DNA from: Naegleria gruberi
Taxonomy: Eukaryota
DNA length: 64,000 bases
Strand: one strand, 5' to 3'
NCBI GenBank assembly: GCA_000004985.1
Contig: GG738855.1
Shown: positions 57,223 to 64,000 of the stretch, in pieces
Layout: the number at the start of each line of letters is the position of its first letter
Position numbering within the stretch: position 1 is the first letter of the stretch
Translations under genes and position numbers: made by a program
The notes under the pieces: model-generated
The model's input: only the letters and a program-made list of their open reading frames with translations
Told to the model about the DNA's origin: nothing
The model's database searches: none

Positions 57223-57990
57223 GTTTGTCTATTTACTAGTTATGATCACAAGTATAAAGATTGATGAAATCAAGAGATTATGTTGTTCGTATTGAATACG
57301 TTCGTTGTTGTGTGCTCTAAACTAAAAAAAGCTACTCCACTTGAACTTGCTTTGATGTGCACGCTAATTGCCTCTCACGCTTGGTTGGTCACTCAAATAT
57401 ATCAAGCCAAAATGGAGACTTTTTTTAGAGAGAAGAAAAAAAACAATAAGTAAACCAGGGTAATATTTATTACAAAAATGTCTCCCGCTCTCAAACAACA
57501 TCGCTAATTTTATTGAATACCTGCGTTATGGTGCTGAGAGTGTTGGTGTTTTATCAAGCTTGAGGATCTCTTTCAAAAGTGCAGTGTGTGCAACTTTGAA
57601 ACCATGGCCAATGCTTAACAACACAAAATAAATATTACAGAAGATAATTTTCTATCAATATCATTGTAAGAGGTTGACTGAGGAGAGATAACACAATATT
57701 ATGATAAGAATAGATTATTGCCATTTTTAGATTTGGATTCGATTATTTTGATATCTGGCAGTTTAAGACTATGGTCTATAGTCATTTTGGATATGAGGCA
57801 TTGGGCTGGATTTTATTCGTTCCATTTTAGTTTTAAATTGTTATCCTTTTCAATTTTGTCTTTTTTGTAAAGTGTTTGGTTTAGTAAAAAAGAAATTAGC
57901 TATTAAGGAATAAGTATTAAAGAGAAACATATCATATTGTCAATGATCTCNNNNNNNNNNNNNNNNNNNNNNNNNNNNNNNNNNNNNNNN

Positions 57991-58717
57991 NNNNNNNNNN
58001 ATTGGCATTATTGGATGATTCCTTTGATTCTTCTTGTTGTGGAGCATTTTCTTGAGTTTGTTGTTGTTGGGCTGCTCCTGGGAAGAGATTATTCAACAAT
58101 GATGACAAATCGAATGGATTGGCTCCTTGTTGTTGTTGACCATTATTAGGATTATTGAACAAGGATCCAACAACATTTTCAATGAGTGGAGCAAATTGTT
58201 CAAAACCAGCTCCCATACCACCTCTTCTTCTACAACCACCACGTGACCATGGACAACCAGATTGAGGACGAGCATCACCAAATGGACAATGTCCTTGACC
58301 TCTTCTACCACCATGCAAATTGAAATTCTTGAAAATTTCACTAAATGGATCCTTTGGACTATCATTGTTATCAGTTTCACTCTTTGGAACAATATTTTGG
58401 CAGACAATCTTGATAACAGTTTCAGAAGCGAGAATTGAGTTCAAAATCTTCCAATCTTCTTCATCTGACAAGGATACCCAATCATTTTGATCGTCAAGAT
58501 AGAAGAGTTTGAAACTGGTATCTGTGACAATGGATTTGGTTTTCAATTTTTGAACGAATTCCTCAAAGGTAATGCCACTTTGATCCAAAATGAGTCTGTG
58601 GACACTCTTTGGTTTTTCCTCCTTCAAGGTTGTTTCAGAGAGTGGTTGAATTGAGGAGTTTTCATAAAGGAAAACTTTGAAATGTTTACTAGCAGTTACT
58701 TGTTTTGCGCTGAACAT
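57991..58717 (-). CDS. PB1-domain protein with a Gly/Arg/Cys-rich and Gln-rich tail; the C-terminus is truncated by the N-gap
   Basis: The N-terminus reads …FKVFLYENSSIQ…FKLFYLDDQNDWVSLSDEEDWKI…, a PB1-like pattern. Then come GRRGQGHCPFGDARPQSGCPW and a poly-Q tail. The ORF runs into the gap at 57951-57990. Confidence 0.45.
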
Positions 58718-59389
58718 GTTGTTGTGCAGTTTTTTTGTTATTGGAATATTGTGAAGAGAATAGTGTTGAGGACTCCTTTTTATACCTCTTCAAACCGAAC
58801 GTTTTAGAAGTGCTAATGTATGTCTATTATTAATTCTATTTTCCAATAGACTCTTTCCGAGGTACCGTAGCAATTCATTGAGGATAATTGAGCGCAGTTT
58901 TCTTGTTTGATTGAAGTAGAGCACAACATAAGGTCCTTTTGGTTGAAGCGTGCGCACTTTAAGACATTTGAGGCTGAGAGAAAGGGGAAAATGTAAACAA
59001 AGAATATCACCAATTTTCATTCGAACAACTTGTTAATACTTGTTATTTATTTATATTGTTGTTTCATTTGTACAAATTGCACGATAACACCTTCAAATTC
59101 ATTCAGCTTTCTTTGGAATTTCTTATTGAGTTTTTCCAACTTGATAAATTCTCTCCACTTTACATTTGGATTAGTTCCTGTATTATTTGGGAATGTAGCT
59201 GAAGGAAGAGACCTGATAACAGGGCTTGCACCAGTCATTCCAGTTACATCTCCATGCACAGCACAAAACTCGTTGGCCTCTTGTTCATCAGGGATTATAA
59301 CTTCCTGCCTTTTCAAAANNNNNNNNNNNNNNNNNNNNNNNNNNNNNNNNNNNNNNNNNNNNNNNNNNTCTTAATGACATGGGTAGTTC

Positions 59390-59990
59390 ACTAAGGTAGT
59401 CACTTTGTCATATGATAACTATCTAAGATGATATTGAAATCATTCCAAAATTGATTCTATGAGAGTATATGATGATTATAACATGATAGTAATGAATTGG
59501 TGTCGATTCTTACCATTCATGACATGTAAGAATGTTACCTTTGATCAATTGGGACAGTAGCTTGACAGATATTCCAATTATATAGATATTAATTTCTACC
59601 ACTCAAATACGTTATCAATATCATTAATAAGAGTAGTGGTATGATATTCTATCTTGTTGCACATCTTGATATTGACTTGTCATATTGCCATGAGTAGTTG
59701 CTGACATGGTTGAATGACATGAATATTGAATGATGTCTAAATGATATGAAATTGATAGAAACATCATTATATGATATTATTAACATATTGTATCAATTTG
59801 GTAATGAATCTCATTGTCCTTAGGGTACTTCCCTATTGAGGTACTACCTTAATTGACTATCTCAATATTTAATATGAGATATGATATTTATTTCAATTCT
59901 ATCATGTTATATATGTAACTTGAAGCATTTTGATATCATTTTTAATATTTAAATATGATTTATTAGATATTATATATAGCAACTCTTTGA
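59390..59990. repeat. AT-rich degenerate repeat block related to 53700-56230, immediately proximal to the telomere-like array
   Basis: It shares word content with 53700-56230 (atgacatgaatat, tgatattgaaat, gataccat-like). Confidence 0.3.
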
Positions 59991-60020
59991 TTTTCAAAAT
60001 TGACTTTGAGATTCCCTTAT

Positions 60021-60404
60021 AGGGTTTGGGTTTGGGTTGGGTTGGGTTTGGGGTTGGGGTTGTGTTGGGGGGTTGGGGGTTTGGGTTTGGGTTTGGGTTT
60101 GGGTTTGGGTTTGGGTTTGGGTTTGGGTTTGGGTTTGGGTTTGGGTTTGGGTTTGGGTTTGGGTTTGGGTTTGGGTTTGGGTTTGGGTTTGGGTTTGGGT
60201 TTGGGTTTGGGTTTGGGTTTGGGTTTGGGTTTGGGTTTGGGTTTGGGTTTGGGTTTGGGTTTGGGTTTGGGTTTGGGTTTGGGTTTGGGTTTGGGTTGGG
60301 TTGGGTTTGGGTTTGGGTTTGGGTTTGGGTTTGGGTTTGGGTTTGGGTTTGGGTTTGGGTTTGGGTTTGGGTTTGGGTTTGGGTTTGGGTTTGGGTTTGG
60401 GTTT
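60021..60404. repeat. (GGGTTT)n telomere-like array, about 60 units; degenerate at the left and perfect toward the N-gap
   Basis: The sequence reads agggtttgggtttgggttgggttgggtttggggttgggg… and then becomes perfect gggttt hexamers up to the gap at 60405. Confidence 0.85.
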
Positions 60405-63302
60405 NNNNNNNNNNNNNNNNNNNNNNNNNNNNNNNNNNNNNNNNNNNNNNNNNNNNNNNNNNNNNNNNNNNNNNNNNNNNNNNNNNNNNNNNNNNNNNNN
60501 NNNNNNNNNNNNNNNNNNNNNNNNNNNNNNNNNNNNNNNNNNNNNNNNNNNNNNNNNNNNNNNNNNNNNNNNNNNNNNNNNNNNNNNNNNNNNNNNNNNN
60601 NNNNNNNNNNNNNNNNNNNNNNNNNNNNNNNNNNNNNNNNNNNNNNNNNNNNNNNNNNNNNNNNNNNNNNNNNNNNNNNNNNNNNNNNNNNNNNNNNNNN
60701 NNNNNNNNNNNNNNNNNNNNNNNNNNNNNNNNNNNNNNNNNNNNNNNNNNNNNNNNNNNNNNNNNNNNNNNNNNNNNNNNNNNNNNNNNNNNNNNNNNNN
60801 NNNNNNNNNNNNNNNNNNNNNNNNNNNNNNNNNNNNNNNNNNNNNNNNNNNNNNNNNNNNNNNNNNNNNNNNNNNNNNNNNNNNNNNNNNNNNNNNNNNN
60901 NNNNNNNNNNNNNNNNNNNNNNNNNNNNNNNNNNNNNNNNNNNNNNNNNNNNNNNNNNNNNNNNNNNNNNNNNNNNNNNNNNNNNNNNNNNNNNNNNNNN
61001 NNNNNNNNNNNNNNNNNNNNNNNNNNNNNNNNNNNNNNNNNNNNNNNNNNNNNNNNNNNNNNNNNNNNNNNNNNNNNNNNNNNNNNNNNNNNNNNNNNNN
61101 NNNNNNNNNNNNNNNNNNNNNNNNNNNNNNNNNNNNNNNNNNNNNNNNNNNNNNNNNNNNNNNNNNNNNNNNNNNNNNNNNNNNNNNNNNNNNNNNNNNN
61201 NNNNNNNNNNNNNNNNNNNNNNNNNNNNNNNNNNNNNNNNNNNNNNNNNNNNNNNNNNNNNNNNNNNNNNNNNNNNNNNNNNNNNNNNNNNNNNNNNNNN
61301 NNNNNNNNNNNNNNNNNNNNNNNNNNNNNNNNNNNNNNNNNNNNNNNNNNNNNNNNNNNNNNNNNNNNNNNNNNNNNNNNNNNNNNNNNNNNNNNNNNNN
61401 NNNNNNNNNNNNNNNNNNNNNNNNNNNNNNNNNNNNNNNNNNNNNNNNNNNNNNNNNNNNNNNNNNNNNNNNNNNNNNNNNNNNNNNNNNNNNNNNNNNN
61501 NNNNNNNNNNNNNNNNNNNNNNNNNNNNNNNNNNNNNNNNNNNNNNNNNNNNNNNNNNNNNNNNNNNNNNNNNNNNNNNNNNNNNNNNNNNNNNNNNNNN
61601 NNNNNNNNNNNNNNNNNNNNNNNNNNNNNNNNNNNNNNNNNNNNNNNNNNNNNNNNNNNNNNNNNNNNNNNNNNNNNNNNNNNNNNNNNNNNNNNNNNNN
61701 NNNNNNNNNNNNNNNNNNNNNNNNNNNNNNNNNNNNNNNNNNNNNNNNNNNNNNNNNNNNNNNNNNNNNNNNNNNNNNNNNNNNNNNNNNNNNNNNNNNN
61801 NNNNNNNNNNNNNNNNNNNNNNNNNNNNNNNNNNNNNNNNNNNNNNNNNNNNNNNNNNNNNNNNNNNNNNNNNNNNNNNNNNNNNNNNNNNNNNNNNNNN
61901 NNNNNNNNNNNNNNNNNNNNNNNNNNNNNNNNNNNNNNNNNNNNNNNNNNNNNNNNNNNNNNNNNNNNNNNNNNNNNNNNNNNNNNNNNNNNNNNNNNNN
62001 NNNNNNNNNNNNNNNNNNNNNNNNNNNNNNNNNNNNNNNNNNNNNNNNNNNNNNNNNNNNNNNNNNNNNNNNNNNNNNNNNNNNNNNNNNNNNNNNNNNN
62101 NNNNNNNNNNNNNNNNNNNNNNNNNNNNNNNNNNNNNNNNNNNNNNNNNNNNNNNNNNNNNNNNNNNNNNNNNNNNNNNNNNNNNNNNNNNNNNNNNNNN
62201 NNNNNNNNNNNNNNNNNNNNNNNNNNNNNNNNNNNNNNNNNNNNNNNNNNNNNNNNNNNNNNNNNNNNNNNNNNNNNNNNNNNNNNNNNNNNNNNNNNNN
62301 NNNNNNNNNNNNNNNNNNNNNNNNNNNNNNNNNNNNNNNNNNNNNNNNNNNNNNNNNNNNNNNNNNNNNNNNNNNNNNNNNNNNNNNNNNNNNNNNNNNN
62401 NNNNNNNNNNNNNNNNNNNNNNNNNNNNNNNNNNNNNNNNNNNNNNNNNNNNNNNNNNNNNNNNNNNNNNNNNNNNNNNNNNNNNNNNNNNNNNNNNNNN
62501 NNNNNNNNNNNNNNNNNNNNNNNNNNNNNNNNNNNNNNNNNNNNNNNNNNNNNNNNNNNNNNNNNNNNNNNNNNNNNNNNNNNNNNNNNNNNNNNNNNNN
62601 NNNNNNNNNNNNNNNNNNNNNNNNNNNNNNNNNNNNNNNNNNNNNNNNNNNNNNNNNNNNNNNNNNNNNNNNNNNNNNNNNNNNNNNNNNNNNNNNNNNN
62701 NNNNNNNNNNNNNNNNNNNNNNNNNNNNNNNNNNNNNNNNNNNNNNNNNNNNNNNNNNNNNNNNNNNNNNNNNNNNNNNNNNNNNNNNNNNNNNNNNNNN
62801 NNNNNNNNNNNNNNNNNNNNNNNNNNNNNNNNNNNNNNNNNNNNNNNNNNNNNNNNNNNNNNNNNNNNNNNNNNNNNNNNNNNNNNNNNNNNNNNNNNNN
62901 NNNNNNNNNNNNNNNNNNNNNNNNNNNNNNNNNNNNNNNNNNNNNNNNNNNNNNNNNNNNNNNNNNNNNNNNNNNNNNNNNNNNNNNNNNNNNNNNNNNN
63001 NNNNNNNNNNNNNNNNNNNNNNNNNNNNNNNNNNNNNNNNNNNNNNNNNNNNNNNNNNNNNNNNNNNNNNNNNNNNNNNNNNNNNNNNNNNNNNNNNNNN
63101 NNNNNNNNNNNNNNNNNNNNNNNNNNNNNNNNNNNNNNNNNNNTNGAGAAAGTTACTGAGGGAAAGATCACAAACTTTAGAATAATGTTTATTAGAACCT
63201 AAATTGTACTATTTGGAAATTAGAAGAAATTGGAATAATTGAATGGAATGAGAAAGAGAAAGAAAAATATCAAGAAACCAACTTATCATGACTAAATATT
63301 GA

Positions 63303-63968
63303 CTACTGAAACCTCAGTAACTTTCTCAAATAAGGATGGCGATACTGTCTCGACAATTTGTTCACATCCAAATTCAAATCTTCTTCAAAAATTCTCGTTT
63401 CCTCAGTGTTGAGAATTTCGTGTAATTTATCAAAGGTTGGTGGATATCTTTTATCTTGGAGTGAATGCTCAAACCAATCATTTTGTTCCAATTTGATAAA
63501 ATCATGATCCTCCTCAATATTTTTACGTGTATATTCTGAAGCGTCTTGAATATTGGTTGGTGTGTTATTGGTTGGAGTGGTGTCCAATTCTTCAACAATG
63601 TCCTCTTTCTTGTGTGATTGTTCTGAGCGTTCCTTGAGTGAGATAATGATAGCATCTCTTTCCTTATTAGCTGTTTTTCTAATCAAAAAGTAAAGCTCAA
63701 TAATAATTAGAATTACTATTGGAATACCCAACAAATAGGTCATTTTTCTACTCAGTAGAACTGGCATTAGGACAATAATGTAGAATGGTGAAAGAATAAA
63801 GCAAAATCCAATATTTTCTGCAACAGTATTGAGAATCTTTCCATCACTTTCAATTGATCTTTCATACCAATACATGATTAAATACTTTTCAACAATATAT
63901 GTGAATATAAAGTATAAAACTACTGCAATATAAACTAGTGGCATGCAAGTTCCATAAAATAGGCACAT
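63303..63968 (-). CDS. C-terminal part of a multi-pass membrane protein; the gene continues beyond the window end
   Basis: 221-aa ORF with three hydrophobic helices and a charged C-terminal tail. The upstream part lies beyond 63969. Confidence 0.45.
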   Translation of the reverse strand: MCLFYGTCMPLVYIAVVLYFIFTYIVEKYLIMYWYERSIESDGKILNTVAENIGFCFILSPFYIIVLMPVLLSRKMTYLLGIPIVILIIIELYFLIRKTANKERDAIIISLKERSEQSHKKEDIVEELDTTPTNNTPTNIQDASEYTRKNIEEDHDFIKLEQNDWFEHSLQDKRYPPTFDKLHEILNTEETRIFEEDLNLDVNKLSRQYRHPYLRKLLRFQ

Positions 63969-64000
63969 TATTAGTAATGTAATCTTGATGCTATACTCAG

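Noticed and set aside
56287-59348. ORFs containing X runs (56229-56450, 57937-58149, 59030-59374)
   Set aside because: They are created or extended by N-gaps. Only the parts outside the gaps are interpretable.
60000-63202. Four ~1050-aa ORFs (GLGLGL…, WVWVWV…, GFGFGF…, XXXX…) on both strands
   Set aside because: They are translations of the (GGGTTT)n array and of the N-gap (X runs), not genes.

Overview
Eukaryotic nuclear DNA, most likely from a dictyostelid social amoeba (Amoebozoa), though not obviously D. discoideum. Supporting cues are the AT-rich intergenic DNA, short introns with GTAAGT/GTATGT donors and AT-rich ..AG acceptors, Asn/Ser/Thr/Gln-rich low-complexity coding sequence, and a DIRS-type retrotransposon. 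The assembly is draft quality, with N-gaps at 48088-48137, 56287-56335, 57951-57990, 59319-59348 and 60405-63143. The left ~43 kb is gene-dense. It holds three RGS-domain genes, a Cdc25/Acr2-like rhodanese phosphatase, a kinesin, a phospholipase-B-like protein, a ZIP transporter, an acid-sphingomyelinase-like phosphodiesterase, a START-domain gene, a penicillin-acylase-family Ntn hydrolase and a PAS-plus-truncated-cyclase receptor-type gene. It also holds three genes built from the same tenascin-like EGF module (NHL-EGF-TM, RCC1-like-EGF and EGF-GPS-7TM-RGS) and two tRNA genes. One of these is a tRNA-Leu(UAA). The other is an elongator tRNA-Met(CAU) whose 5' 21 nt and 3' 52 nt are separated by an 855-bp insertion in the D-loop. 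The right ~20 kb is a transposon and repeat graveyard. It contains an LTR-retrotransposon integrase fragment, a near-complete DIRS-like tyrosine-recombinase retrotransposon (gag, RT/RNase H, nested YR ORF), a 5'-truncated LINE ORF2 fragment, kilobases of degenerate AT-rich satellite-like sequence and a (GGGTTT)n telomere-like array that abuts a 2.7-kb gap. At least four membrane or secreted genes show apparent frameshifts or an in-frame TGA at conserved positions, two of them at dinucleotide microsatellites. These look like either assembly errors or recent pseudogenisation.
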